Origin: Felis catus
Taxonomy: Eukaryota
Assembly (NCBI RefSeq): GCF_018350175.1
Contig: NC_058368.1
Coordinates: 21,392,001 to 21,456,000, forward strand
Length of the DNA: 64,000 nt
Reading direction: 5' to 3'
Shown here: positions 50,671 to 64,000 of the stretch, piece by piece
Layout: each line of letters opens with the position of its first letter
How positions within the stretch are numbered: the stretch's first letter is position 1
Translations under genes and position numbers: made by a program
The notes under the pieces: model-generated
Databases searched by the model: none
What the model saw: the letters and a program-made list of their open reading frames with translations, nothing else
What the model was told of the DNA's origin: nothing

Positions 50671-51309
50671 TTTTAATTTTTTTTTTTTAACGTTTATTTA
50701 TTTTTGAGACAGAGAGAGAGACAGAGCATGAGCAGGGGAGGGTCAGAGGGAGGGGAGACACAGAATCCGAAACAGGCTCGAGGCTCTGAGCTGTCAGCAC
50801 AGAGCCTGCACAGAGCCCGACGCGGGGCTCGAACTCACGGACCGCAAGATCATGACCTGAGCCGAAGTCGGCCGCTTAACCGACTGAGCCACCCAGGCGC
50901 CCCTGATTGGGACTTTTAGATCATTTACATTTAGTGTGATTACTGACATAATTAAATTTAAGCCTATCATCTTGCTATTTTCTTCTTTTTTTTTTTATGT
51001 TTTATTTTTTTATTTTGAGAGAGAAAGAGCATGAGCAAGGGAGGGAAAGAGAGAGAGGGAGAGAGAGAGAATTCCAAGCAGGCTACACACTGCCAACACA
51101 GAGCCCAACATGGGGCTGTATCCCACGAACCATGAGATTATGACCTGAGCCAAGGTCAAGAGTCAGACACTCAACCAACCCAGGCACCCCCTTGTCTTGC
51201 TAACTTCTATTTGTTCCATTTGTTCTGTGTTCCATCTGTTCATTGCTCCTTTTCTCCTTTTTCTGCCTTCTTTTGGATTGAGTACTTTTTTTTTTTTAAG
51301 TTTATTTCT

Positions 51310-51352
<43 letters not shown>

Positions 51353-51497
51353 CAGGGAAGGGGAAGAGAAAGAAAGAGAGAGAGAATCCTGTCAGCACTA
51401 AGCATGACACAAGACTCGAAGTCACAAACTGTGAGATCACGACCTGACCCGAAACCAAAAGTTGGACACTTAACCAACTGAGCCACCCAGGCGCCCC
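50671..51497 (-). mobile_element. Three Can-SINEs within the L1 (50671-50903, ~50978-51190, ~51285-51497)
   Basis: Reverse SINEs with TSDs tgattggga and tggattgagtacttttttt. Confidence 0.93.
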
Positions 51498-52631
51498 TGG
51501 ATTGAGTACTTTTTTATGATTCCATTTTTTGTCCTTTTGGCTTATTAGCCATAACTGTTTTGTTATTATTCTACTGGTTGCTTTAGGGTTTATAGTCTAC
51601 ATATTTAATTTATCACAATTTACTTTCAAGTAAATTTATACCACTTCACATATAATAAAGGAACCTTATAATATCATATTTCTATTTTTCTCTTCCTGGT
51701 CTTTATGCTATTATTGACATATATTTACTAATGCATATTATAAATCCCATAATACATTGCTATTGTTTTTGTTTAAATCGTTATGTTAAAAGAGAATTAA
51801 ATGGGAAAAAAAAACTTACATATTTGGCCATGTAGTTACCTTTTCCAGTGCTCATCATTCCTCTGTGTAGATCTGTATTTCCATCCGGTATCATTTCCTT
51901 TCTGTCTGAATGACTTTCTTTAACATTCTTGAAGTGTAGTCTGTTAGATATGATATTAAATTTTCATTCTGTGAATTTTCAGTCTTTCCAACACTCTCAG
52001 GTTCAAAGTGAGTAATCACCAATTAATCTACTCCCTACCATACACTACTATAAATAGCCTGGGCTAAACTATAAAAGAGAAAACTGAAAAGGAGGAGCAT
52101 ATTGTACAACCATAAATAACCTAGAACCTTGCCTCTAAAAGTCCAGTTTAGGACAAAGGAAACTTATGGTATGCCAGGATGTTAAAAGCCACTGAATAAA
52201 CATGGGGCATCTTCTTAGATATCAATTTTATATTGCAAGATTTTAAAAAAATTTATAAGCATATTTACACTAAACATAGGGCTTCTATGGTATGTAACAC
52301 AACCTTTATATTAAATTTAAGACAAGAAACTGAAGAAAATTCTAGTTTGGGATCAAGCATTCTAAGGCAATTATTCACTTTTCTCTACTATTAACCACAC
52401 TTTTATGAAAAAGTTTGAGGAGCTGTGAACTTGATTATTCACGATTTATTAAAACCTCTCCTAAAATTGGATGCTGTCAACAAATATGTAGGTTATTCAT
52501 AGAGGTTTTTATTTAATTTGAATATGCATTTCTGAATTGACCACTATATCCTGTTATTCAGCTCATGAATCATTTCTTATTGTGCTCATGAAAAGTAAAC
52601 TTAATTCCAAGTTTTTAAAATACCCATCATT

Positions 52632-52840
52632 GGGGCGCCTGGGTGGTTCGGTCAGTTAAGTGTCCGACTCTTGATTTCAGCTTAGGTCATGATCTCATGG
52701 GTTATGGGATCAAGCCTCATGTCGGGCTCTGCTCTGACAGGGCAGAGCCTGCTTGGGATTCTTTCTCTTCCTCTCTCTCTGCCCCTCCCCCCCCCACACA
52801 TGCACTCTCTCAAAACAAATAAATAAGCTAAAAAAAAAAA
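52632..52840 (+). mobile_element. Can-SINE
   Basis: ggggcgcctgggtggttcggtcagttaag head and A tail. Confidence 0.93.
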
Positions 52841-53549
52841 CCTATCATTATTCCTGTGAAGGACTTTTACTTACCAGTTCTTACTTTTGTGGATATCAGC
52901 ATGCCTACACGTCATTCAGTACCTGCAACACTGTCCAATTTTCTGAATCCAATCCAGAATTGAATAAGAATACACATAACAAGTCTGTTAGAAATAGGCC
53001 TAAAACAAAGAAAAATAAGCTGGCTATGAAGACCCTGCCAGAAAATCCACTTCTAAGACTGCATCCTAAGGAAATAAAGCAAAAATTTAACTGTTAGATT
53101 GTCCCTTTTAAAAATAGAGAAAAAAACACATATAATATCCCCAAATAAGATACTACTTAAATTATGGTATATCCTTATTTTATGTGGAATACTTAGCCAT
53201 TAAAGGATATTATAGCTGAATATTTATTGCCAGGATAAACAACAAACAGGTATGAAAATTTAATAAAAGGGGCTAACAGTGGTTATTTCTGGGTTTGGAT
53301 TATTAATTTTTTTTCTACATCTTGCTCATCTTGTTGTATATTCTTTAGTATCAACTGCTTGTAATAAGAAAAACCCAAAGTTTCCAAAAATACTAATTCA
53401 ACATGAGTATTTGTTCAAAATGATGAGGTCATCATTTGTTTATCCATTAATCAACAAATATTTGCAATATTATGTAAGACATAGTCCTTGCCCTCATGAC
53501 TCTTAATTTGTGAGAGAGAAAAAGGCTATAATGAACAATCTTGGAAACT

Positions 53550-55450
53550 TTTTACTCCTCTGTTTCATTCCCATTACTTTATTGCCCAGTCACTCTCTCT
53601 TATTTATAGTGGACTTTGGCACTTGGCTTTCAGTATCTGTCTCCCCTGCATTTCCTGCCATGATGTGCCAGTTCAGTGTCCATATGGACAACCTATCCAA
53701 CAACAACCTTGAATTCTGACTCCACCAGCTTACAACCATTTCATTCAGTGATCATACCCAGAGCCACACCTTCAACCTTCTGATCATCAAGAAATTGTTC
53801 CACAACCTTAGACTCCAGTATTCTTGATCTGTGACCACACCACCTATCATTCCAATTTTTTCACTCCCTTCCTCTCTAAACACTTGCTTTCTTACCTTAT
53901 TTTAACCTCTGTTCCTCAACCATTCCCTTTTCTTTTTTTCAGACCACTGTCTCCAGCATAGCTTCATATCTTTTCCTATCTAGCTTAGTTTCCCAGATAC
54001 ATCAGTCTCTCCTGCTAATAACCTTGCCCCTGGCTAATTCCCTCTCCCATTCCTTAGGACATATATTTTATGCCACTTTATTTCAACTCCAACTTGCTAC
54101 TTCCCCTATGCCCTTATCTTTTATGTCTCCTTTACCAGAAAAAAAAAAAATCGAAACTATAAGCTACATACCTCCTAACCTTCTTGCTCCACATTTATAA
54201 GTTATACATTTAATTATCTTCACCTCCTTCCTTCTAATCTCAGAGGAAGTATCCTTTTCTTCCAGGTCAACTCCTTTACTGCACACCTGATCCCACATTC
54301 CCTAATCTCCTATAGATCTTTCTTTACCTTTATTCCTCCTTCTTTCTAATCTCTTCTGTCTGCTGACTCTCCCCACATTTTATAAATATTAAACTCTCTT
54401 CACTGTAAAATCTCCTCCTCAATTCTATAAACTACTCCCTACAATGATCCTTTATTTCTGTTTTCAAGAAGAAATGAAGAGCCTTGAAATAGTATAAATC
54501 TGCTGTAATTGTTCTCAATTTAAAATAATTTTCAACCCAACACAGAATTCTGCCACCATCAATGAATGTATTGAAAGCATACTAGCAAACGTTACTAATG
54601 ACAAAATTGCCAAATCCCATGATCTGTTTCAATTTACTTGACCTGTCTTTATATTCTGATAATCCTAACTCCTTTTTTCCTGAATCCTCTCTCCCATTGG
54701 CTTCTAGAACATTGAGCTCCGTTGGTGTCCCCTTCCATCCTTCTGCTAGTTATTCTTTTTTTTTTTTTTAATTTTTTTTTCAACGTTTATTTATTTTTGG
54801 GACAGAGAGAGACAGAGCATGAACGGGCGAGGGGCAGAGAGAGAGGGAGACACAGAATTGGAAACAGGCTCCAGGCTCTGAGCCATCAGCCCAGAGCCCG
54901 ACGTGGGGCTCGAACTCACAGACCGTGAGATCATGACCTGGCTGAAGTCGGACGCTTAACCGACTGCGCCACCCAGGCGCCCCAATGCTAGTTATTTTTA
55001 ATATATTTTTTTTGCTGCCTTCTCTTACTCTGCCCACTTAATAATGTTAGTTCTCATTTCCTCTCACTATATTCAGTCTCTATGAGGAACGGCATCCAGT
55101 TCCCCCCAAATTTCAACATCCACTTCTGAGTGGTCACTTCTTAGTGACTCCACTTCTAGCCCCAGCCTTTCTCTTAAGCTTCAGATGCACATGCTGAGCT
55201 CCCTACTGAACTTCTCTATATGGATATCCCAGTGACAGTCTTCCATATTAAATATGTCTTCACTGAACGTCTTATCTCCTTCCCCTTTCCCAGTTTTCTA
55301 TTCCACGCCCTTATACACACATACACATAAACCGAAATCCCCAGCCTTCCTCCATTTGCCTCTATGCTGGTTAATTATACCACTGTTGTACTCTACAACC
55401 AAGTGAGGAACCAGGCAGTCATTATAGATTCCTCCTCATCTCTATCCCAT
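53550..55450 (+). mobile_element. Long L2 ORF2 relic (pyrimidine-rich + strand)
   Basis: ttcagtgtccatatggacaacc (GDFN.H.D-like) and gccacaccttcaaccttctgatc (GHTLDL-like), followed by typical L2 body. Confidence 0.65.
54756..54983 (-). mobile_element. Young felid Can-SINE
   Basis: CpG-retaining reverse SINE with TSD tgctagttatt. Confidence 0.95.
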
Positions 55451-55580
55451 TACTTCCCTAGTCCAAAATTTCATTATCTCCCCCCATGACTGTAAAACCA
55501 CACAAAACTACTTTCATTTACTTAAATAATTAGAACACATTTTACAACATTTCCCCTAGTATTTAAATTATGAAATTACA

Positions 55581-55777
55581 GGGGCACCTGGATGGCTCAG
55601 TCAGTTAAGAATCTGACTTTGGCTCAGGTCATGATCTCACTCTTGGTGATTTTGAGCCCCGCATCAGGCTGTGTGCTGACAGCTCAGAGCCTGGAGCCTG
55701 CTTCAAATTCTGTGTCTCCCACTCTCTCTGCCCCCCCCCCCCCCCCGCTCATACTCTGTCTCTCTCTCAAAAAATAA
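55581..55777 (+). mobile_element. Felid Can-SINE
   Basis: SINE with TSD taaattatgaaattaca. Confidence 0.95.
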
Positions 55778-57910
55778 AATAAATTATGAAATTACAACTA
55801 TGTTACCTTATTAGCAAACTAAGAAGGCTTATACAGAAACATAAATAGCCTCCACTATTCCAAGATCAGAAACCTTGTTTATACTCCTATACCTAAGTGT
55901 TTATCACACAGCAGTTGTTGCTTTACTATCTGTTCACTTTTGAATAAGGTAAACATGGCATACTTAAAGATAACCATAATAATTATTAAGCTGCATATTA
56001 AACCGTTGGATAAATAATAGGATTCATATTAATTTTAAATAACAAAATACAATTTTATACCTTGTTAGTTCATCAGAAATTCTTTAAAACATGTACCACA
56101 CACATAGCTATATACATAAACCAAATCAGGAATTAGATAAACTGAGTTTTCTCTATAAACTGAGCCTCCTTTTATTCCTATCCTGTCACTGACACCATCA
56201 CCCTATCTATGCTCCCAAAATGATGAAAGCAAAGGCATCCTTGTAGCTACTCTTGGAGTAAGAATAGAATGGCCTAGGTGGATCAGAGGGGTCCCGCTGC
56301 CTCCCCAAATCTTTTCTGCTTTGCTTTCTGATGCCCGAGAGATGGAACCATCTATTCCACAAAAAAACTGCAATTTTCCTGAAGGAGAGAAACAAAGTAT
56401 AGTATTTAATAATGCTAAATGACTGTATTTCAATAATACCAAGACACACAAAACAAATGTAGAGCCTTCCTTTGTCAACTGGGAAAGGAGGGAGGAAAGT
56501 AGTATATTGTTAAGGGGTCTTCACAAGCAATGCCTTCCAAATCATTCCTGATTTTTTTTAATATTCTTTAATGCACATGTATTTTGTAGGGGGGGGGACT
56601 TTTTCAAAAGAGAGTCCACAGGTCTAGTTTCAAGGGCAAATAAAAGTTATTCACAAAGTATTTTTATATCAAGTGATTTAGAAGAAGCTTTGAACTTTAT
56701 CATAATTAACAACTGTATGTACTAACATTTTCTACGTCTAAAGGATTAAACTTTAGGAACTTTCAGTTTTATATTCCTTTCCTTTTAAAGGAAATAGGAG
56801 TATAAAGATAGATGGGAGGATCATTAGATGTAGTCACATGCTACAAGAATTTCTTGTCAGGAAAAAGTTTTGTATCTGCCATAGTATAGTATGAGTAGTT
56901 TTGCAGTTTATTAAAAATATTGCAGTTAAGTCACATGAGCTTTGAGTTGTTCTGCCAGTGGCATAAACATCTAATGGCTTAAAAAAAAAAAAAAAACCTA
57001 TGTTTATAAAATACATCCTCTAAAAAGGAAAAAAATTAGTACGCATGATACTTCAAACCTCTTATGTTTCTTTAAGAGTTTCTTTAAAATTAGGTGTATG
57101 CTCTATATATCCCATCCTGAGTTCACAGGGCCAAAAGTTAACAGTATAGGGTCATCAAGTAAATTAAATGTTAACAGCAAAAATTAAAGGACTTAAATTA
57201 AAAACATAGGGTCTAATCCTATGATGAAGAAAAGTGAGGAAAAAGTGTTCCCACAAGAGCTGTAAACTGTTCACCTATTTAAAATAAATTACTTCTTCAG
57301 AGCTGCCTTAAAAAGTTAATTTGTTTTAAATACATAAGCATTTCTTTGCCAAAAAAGAATGCTGTATTTTTTCTCCTCATTTCCCTATAGATTTGTACTA
57401 CATGAAAAAAATAATGTTTTACATATTAAGAATAGAAATGTGGCATGAGGCTCAATTGTCACAGAGAACTCATCACACGTTCTCAGTCGTATCTCCAAGA
57501 GACCAGAGAGGGTCTCAATTTTACTTCTGTGTACTAAAAATAAGAAATGAATGCTAATAAATTCCTGGCTCCCTATCCTCCTCAACTTCTAGGCCAAGGC
57601 TCACCCCAAGTCAATAAAGTCTCTGAGAAGGTCATGAGTTATAATTTTTTACAGTTTTTACTCAACGTAAAGTTTATTTTATTAAAACCCTTCAATTTTC
57701 TTTTGATAAAGGATCAATAGATCCATCTCTATTATTTACAAGTCCTTTTTATTATCTTATATTGTTCCCCAAATATCAACATTTTAATGGCTAGGACAAA
57801 AACTTAACTAATGCTTAGTATATTTCAGACCGTATATGGTATAGGATTTACTGTTCTAGGTGTGTCACTTTTTGAGAGGGGCTCTGTTAAACTGCAGCAT
57901 AACCATTTAC

Positions 57911-58030
57911 TTTTTTTTAAGTTTATTTCGTTTTTTTTTTAGTAATCTCTACACCCAACATGTAGAACTCATGCCCTGACTCTGAGGTCAAGAGTCACAT
58001 GCTCTTCCGGCTGAGCCAGCCAGGAGCCCC
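57911..58030 (-). mobile_element. Short tRNA-derived carnivore SINE
   Basis: agtaatctctacacccaacatg...gaggtcaagagtcacatgctcttccggctgagccagccaggagcccc. Confidence 0.85.
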
Positions 58031-59069
58031 ATTAGTGGTCATATTTAAAGAGTTATCACACGTAGGTGGTTATGAATTTATACTCAGTAGCTGCAGGAGG
58101 CACTCTGACAATGGGTAGCAGCTTTTACAAAGAGGTATGCTTTAGCTGATATGATTCTATGACTCTATTATTTTAAAAACAATATTCTAAAACTCTGTAT
58201 TTAATATTTCATCTAAAGACAGGAGGTTCACACAATTTTAAAAGGTAGGCAACTGAAATAAGTGGATTTATCCTTTTCCCAGGTATCCTTATTGGTAAAG
58301 GGGGTGGGGGAGTTCATACTTCTTCAGTAAATATTAATCATTATTAATTGTAAATGAATTTTAGTTCAGTCACATACTCTGTGCCCAAGAATATGGAAGC
58401 AAAACAATTCTTCATATGGGGGGAAAAAGCCTTTATACCTCCACAACCTTAAATCAGAGTTGAAAATATGTATGAATCTGTTCTACTTCCATAATACTCA
58501 CTCATAATATGATTTTTTAATTGAAATAGATATTTGCCTAATTTTCTTAAATATTACAAGAACTTAAAATACATAGATCATTCCTAAGCTATAATACTAT
58601 ATGCTTGATTTAATAAATCATTCTACATTTAATTTATATCTTCCTGGGGTTAAAACTATGACTTAAAGGGTAAAAACTGTCACCTCAAGCAAGTTAGGAT
58701 TACCATCCCAGGCACTGAAGTTAATTATCAGAGCCCCCCCAAAAGACATGTAAGTCATGTCTTACAGACATGACTCCCAGATTCAAATTACATATAATTT
58801 AAATCTTCCATCTGCCACTAAGATTGTAGCTAACTTTCATCACTAGTTTGTTTTGCATCTTTGGATACCTTAAGATCATCTAGTTGGATTCTCCATAGCT
58901 CTCAAGTTTTATGACTATGATCACAACACTAAACTCATGGTAACAAATGGGATCTAATTCTTTATGAACAAGAGAAGCAAATGTTTTTAAAAAGCAGATT
59001 TATAAGAATTGTGTGACCCATCCATCCATCGGCACCCTCCAGTCTCTTAACAACATCCTCAATTATTGA

Positions 59070-59635
59070 TTTTTTTTAAATGTTTATTTTTGAGAGAGAG
59101 AGAGAGAGTGCTTGCAAGCGGGGTAAGGGCAGAGAGGGGGAGACAGAATGTGAAGCAGGCCCCAGGCTCTGAGCTGTCAGCGCAGAGACTAATGCAGGGC
59201 TCGAACCCACAAACTATGAGATCATTACCGAGTCATGAGATCATGATCTGAGCCCAAGTAGACACTTAACCAACTGAGCCACCCAGGCACACCTCAATTG
59301 TTGATTTTAAAAAGTAATTCCATAACAATGAGATAGATAGTGAAAACTTACAAACTTCTTTACTTTCACTTCCAAGTTTTGCTTTTACAAATACTTTTTT
59401 TTTGTTGTTTTTCTTCTGTTAACTGTATTTGTTAACTGTTCAATTTTTCTTTTCTGTTTTTAATGTTTATTTATTTATTTTTGAGAGAGAGAGTGAGTGA
59501 GTGAGCAGGGTAGGGGCAGAGAGACAGGGAGAGAGAGAATCCTAAGCATTCTCTTGGAATGAGAAGAGATAGTACTCAGCCAAAATCAAGAGTTAAGAGT
59601 TGACTGCTTAACCAACTAAGTTACCCAGGTGCCCC
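59070..59635 (-). mobile_element. Two Can-SINEs (59070-59293, ~59457-59635)
   Basis: Reverse SINE bodies; the first has TSD cctcaatt.ttgatttt. Confidence 0.9.
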
Positions 59636-59769
59636 TCTATCTTTCTTAGAGACTTATCTCTTTATACATTGAGGATATTAACCCATTATCTGCTTTATAG
59701 GTTAAAAATATTTTTCAGTTTGTCATGTCTTTAATATTTATAGTGAATTTTTTCCTGTGTATTTTTTGT

Positions 59770-61510
59770 GTAGCTACCAAACAATGATCTCCAAGATTCT
59801 GTGTTGAACCTTTTTATCATTCTGCATATCTCAGTGACCTCATCCAATCCCATAGTTTAAACTACCATCTACAATTGATCAACTAGTAAATCTATAGACA
59901 ACATGCAAACCAAAGTTTTCCCCTAAATTCCAGACTTCTAAATAAAATCCAATCCTAATATGTAGTTATCTATAAAGTGAGGATGGGGAGGATGTACTTA
60001 GCCCACAGGCATCTCAAAATCAATACTTCATATATCAAAATCCATCAAACCTAGTTTCCTTATCTCAGGAAATGGCACCCACAGCTACTCAGCTGCCCAC
60101 ACCAGAAACCTAGGAGTCCTGTGACATACCTCCTTCTTGCTCTTCTCCATATATAAAGCCTCCTAAACCTCCTCTTTAGTCTTATCTTCCAACTTCTTCC
60201 ATCTTTACTTACTCCGCTCTAGCCATATGGGCATTGAATGTACCAGTCCTTCCTGCTCAGGATATTACCATATGTTCTTCCTTTTTGTCCTAGCTAATTC
60301 CTAAGCCTTGGCTTAACTGTCCAACCTTAGGAAAGCCTTGCTTAAACCTCCAGTGTTAGGTAGGTCTCCATGGTGTATGCTTTCATTGCATCTGTATTTT
60401 TCTGTTACAGTACTTATCACAGTTGTAATTTGTATGACTATTAACTTACACATTGTTTCTCTCACTAGACCACACCACAAGAACTGTGACTATTTTGTCA
60501 CCCCACTTATATGCTCAGTACCTTGCACAACACATGACACAGAAGAGGTGCTAAAAATAGTTACCTAGAAATACCTACATATTAATACTGAATAAATAAA
60601 TCCAATCCCTTTCGAACTTCATTTCACTCCCATTTCTACTTCTTTTGTTCAAGTACTATTTATTGCTTGCCTGGATACCACAATAGCCTCTGGAGGATCT
60701 GACCACTGCTCTCACATTTTCTTTTCCTTGCTTTCTTTTTTTAAAAAATTTTTAAGTTTACTTATTTATTTTGAGAGAGAAAACCTGAGTGGGGGAGAGA
60801 AGAGAGAGAATCCCAAGCAGGCTCCCACGCTATGAGAGCCGGATGTGGGGCTCGAACCCACCAACCATGAGATCATGACCTGAGATGAAATTAAGAGTCA
60901 CGCTTAACCAAGTGAGCCACCCAGGCACCCCTGCTCTCACATTTTCTAATCTGTTCTCCAGTATCCTTGTTAAAGTGAGTTTCTAAAATATAAATCTGAT
61001 CATTTTACTCACAGGTTTAAGATTTTTCAACTGCATCAATATAAAGGTGACACACAAGGCCCTTCATAGTTTAACCTCTATCCACTTGATCAGGCTGAAC
61101 TTTTCAACTCCTCCAAAGCCACGTAGCAGCAAATCACAAAAACTACCCGAATTTCCTTGAACATGCAGGTTCTTTATGACTTCTGTTTCATTACACTCCA
61201 ATGATGATGTTTAAAATGTTTTCTGTGGCAGATTTCTACACTCTCTTTCACACTGGAATAACCCCAGTCCTGTAAGGCTCCACCAAGGAATCCCTCAAGA
61301 TATATAGCTCTACTTCTGGAAAGCTTTCCTGAGCCACTTATTCCTAACCTGGTTTAGGCATACTCTTACTCTATTTTTATCAAATTGTCATTTTTAGAGA
61401 ATTTATCTGTCTTCCATTAGACTTTCAGTTCCTTCCTTGGCAAGGACTACATATTTTTCATCTCTGTATATCCAATTCTGGTATGGACTTCGGTAAATGT
61501 CTGATTAAAT
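59770..61510 (+). mobile_element. L2 relics with an inserted Can-SINE (-, ~60736-60930)
   Basis: cacaggcatctcaaaatcaa...tatctcaggaaatggcacc...ccagaaacctaggagtc and L2 3' ends. The SINE has TSD ctgctctcacatttt. Confidence 0.7.
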
Positions 61511-62050
61511 CTGTGTGCCAAAACATATCAAACCCATCAAGACATACCTACCTGTGGGAACTGGTATTCCTACTTCTGGGAAATCTTCCAATAAATAAGC
61601 AAACAAATAAGAAAGTCAATTAGAAAAGGTATATGCATAAAAATGTTCACTTCAGAATTTTTTATAATAGCAAAATATTAAAAATAACCTAAATGTCCAG
61701 CAATAGAATGGTAGAATCTGCTAATGACATGTAGTAGAGCAATTTAGAATGAAGATTGTAAAATTGATATAGTAATTCACAGATGCTTACAACATGTTAA
61801 GTGGAAAAAGACAAAAAAAACTATTTCACAGCATGACCTTTTAAAATAGCTATTGACTCAAAGGGAACGTGAAAATTGTATGAGTAGTTTGTGTGGATTG
61901 TGATTTCATTGCCTTTATTCAGAACTTTATAAATGTTGCTATGATAGCTTCTCAATTATAATTACAATGAAAAAAAACTTAAAATTAAACCCATATCATT
62001 AACCCATGTGTATATATTAGTGTATGCACATTTATATATACACATAGCTT

Positions 62051-62052
62051 TA

Positions 62053-62119
<67 letters not shown>

Positions 62120-62128
62120 ACACATATA
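62051..62128 (+). repeat. (TG)n(TA)n(TG)n compound microsatellite
   Basis: Direct reading. Confidence 0.97.
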
Positions 62129-62129
62129 T

Positions 62130-63700
62130 TTTTTCCTAGTTCTGTCTTACGAAAGATCCAAGAAGCAGAGACACTTCATTAGCATAAGCATACCTAGCCT
62201 TGGTCTCTAATACCATTCTGCACTAACAGGAAACAGGGCTCCTTAGAGAAAAGGCTAATTCCAGGGCTGGAGCAGAGTTAAAGACAAGATAAACATGGAA
62301 CATCTTATTGTATCAGAAAGTAAGGAAGTGCTCAAAAAAAAAAAAAATGATGTAGGCATATCACAAAGACATAGTACCCAAACTAAAGGTGTTCCCACTA
62401 GCTTAATCTGGGACAATTTAAACACCAAAATAATTAAATACAGACTCAAATATTTAGAAGTGAAAGATCATGATGTAACTTACCTTCAAGTGATTCAGAA
62501 AAAAAGTATACAAAATATACACATATAAATAAATATAGGTAAAACTCAAGAAAACAAAGCAAATACAGAATGGAAAAATAGGAACTCCTAAGTTAATGCA
62601 GATAATAAATAGACAAATAGAGTTGAAAGGGCTCTTTGTTCACAGAATGCTATGGGCTGACTGGTAGATGTGGAGAGAGCATTAGATTTGTTGACTCATT
62701 TTGCAACCATTATGGTAAAATTATATCAGCAACAGTTGATTCTAAATTTAAATGGGAATTTTGATGATGAGCAGGATGCATCTTCAAATATTTCCCCACA
62801 ATTTGCTTTTTAATTGCCAGGAAGAAAAAAAACAAAACCCAGAGTAACTATAGAATGGAAAATTCGGGCCACATATGGATCAGGTGATCAAAACTAAATC
62901 ACTGAGGGAAAGATGGATATCATGTGCTTCTAAAAGTGATCACCTGTGCAGTAGTCCAATTGAGAATATATATATAACCCCAATGTAATCATGAGGGAAC
63001 ATCAGACAAAAAGAAAATAAGGAACGTTTTATTTAAAAGAGGGGTGGAGTGAGAAGCTATATCCTTTAAAAATGTCAAGCTCAGGGGTGCCTGGGTGGCT
63101 TAGTAGGTTGAGCATCCAACTTCGGCTCAGGTCATGATCTCAACATTTGCAGTTCATGAGTTCCAGCCCGGCATCAGGCTCTGTGCTGACAGCTCAGAGC
63201 CTGGAGCTTGCTTCTGGTTCTGTGTCTCCTGCCCTCTCTACCCTTCCCCCACTTGCTCTCTGTTTCTCTCTCTCAAAAATAAATAAACATTAAAAAAAAA
63301 ATTTTTTTTTAATGTCAAGGTAATAAAAGATAAAGGCTGGAAATGTTCCAAAGTAAAGGAAGCTAAAGAGTCATGACAACTAAATGTAGTACCTGACACC
63401 AGTCTGGCTCCTATACTAGAGGGGGAAAAGCTACAAGGATCAACCTACAAAATTGGAATATGGAGGTAGATTGAAGTATTAGTTCAATGTAAGACTATCA
63501 AGTATTCATGGGTTACAGGTCAGAATGTATGTAAATTAACCTAAAATGGTTCAGAAAAAAATTGTATATAAATATACATGTATGAGGTGAGAGAGATTTT
63601 GCACAAGAGCAAGCAGATGGTAAGGATGTTCTATAAATTATTTTTATTTTTGAACTTTTTGTAAATTTAAAATTATTTCTAAGTAAAAAGATTTTTTAAA
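62130..63700 (+). mobile_element. L1MC-type 3' UTR fragment with an inserted Can-SINE (+, 63084-63310)
   Basis: ctctaataccattc...aacagggctccttagagaaaaggctaattccagggctggagcag and agtcatgacaactaaatg, typical of L1MC 3' ends. The SINE has TSD aatgtcaag. Confidence 0.7.
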
Positions 63701-64000
63701 AATTGAGTCCACCTTAGAGAAACAAGACCAACAGGAAAATAAATGTTACTTTAAGACCCATCTAAGCAAATTGTTTTTAAAACATTCTCCAGTGTGTACT
63801 AAATTTTCAAGTTATTGTTCAGAATGTTTTCAAGTCTTCGTTCTTTTGTAAAAGATGAAAAGACCTATAGCTTTCACAGTTTTATCTAAATAAGTTAATA
63901 TGTTGAAGCCAACATTCCATCAGTTGTAGCTTTCTTATTACAAACAGCAGGAGGGAAAGAAAGCATTGAAATTACAAAACCTCTGTTCTCCACATTACCC

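Larger units (their letters stand above)
45965..51950 (-). mobile_element. ~6 kb old L1 (L1MB/L1MC-like) from 3' UTR to the ORF2 N-terminal region, interrupted by SINEs and a MER
   Basis: ORF 49652-49855 (HNGIKLEINSRK...WKVNHMLLGN..IKEEI..EIRKYFDLNEN) and ORF 48420-48698 (IY.KPTDNLM..GERL.AFP) are L1 ORF2p segments. An L1M-type 3' end lies at ~45965-46250. Confidence 0.9.

Noticed and set aside
24426..64000. miR-15a/miR-16-1 hairpins and DLEU1 exon 1
   Set aside because: I did not see the mature sequences (TAGCAGCACATAATGG, TAGCAGCACGTAAATA) or a second CpG island here. They are expected beyond the right edge.
1..64000. CRISPR array, prokaryotic operon or intact autonomous transposon
   Set aside because: The sequence is mammalian. 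All repeats are microsatellites or dispersed, decayed elements, with no repeat-spacer array or intact ORF.

Overview
Mammalian, non-protein-coding DNA from a felid: felid-type Can-SINEs, L1, L2, MIR and CR1 relics are present throughout. I identify it as the cat-family ortholog of the human 13q14 DLEU1/DLEU2 lncRNA locus, oriented so that DLEU2 (host gene of miR-15a/16-1) runs on + and DLEU1 on -. There are two anchors, both from my recollection of human transcripts rather than a search. First, a - strand exon starting at 42381 closely matches human DLEU1 exon 2. Second, a TATA-containing promoter and first exon at ~24150-24425 inside a large CpG island resembles the distal DLEU2 first exon. 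A ~10 kb chain of CpG islands (15.6-25.8 kb) sits in a zone free of Can-SINEs. The rest is repeat-rich intron, including a ~6 kb old L1 on - and about 30 Can-SINEs. No credible protein-coding gene, miRNA hairpin or CRISPR array was seen, and I found no convincing new biological system. The most notable observations are two tailless retro-insertions (U4 snRNA 5' half and a 21-nt SINE head), stop codons disabling the human DLEU1 ORF in this species, a compact C/EBP-ATF + MEF2/TATA promoter module, and back-to-back splice acceptors on opposite strands. Boundaries of old repeats are approximate.
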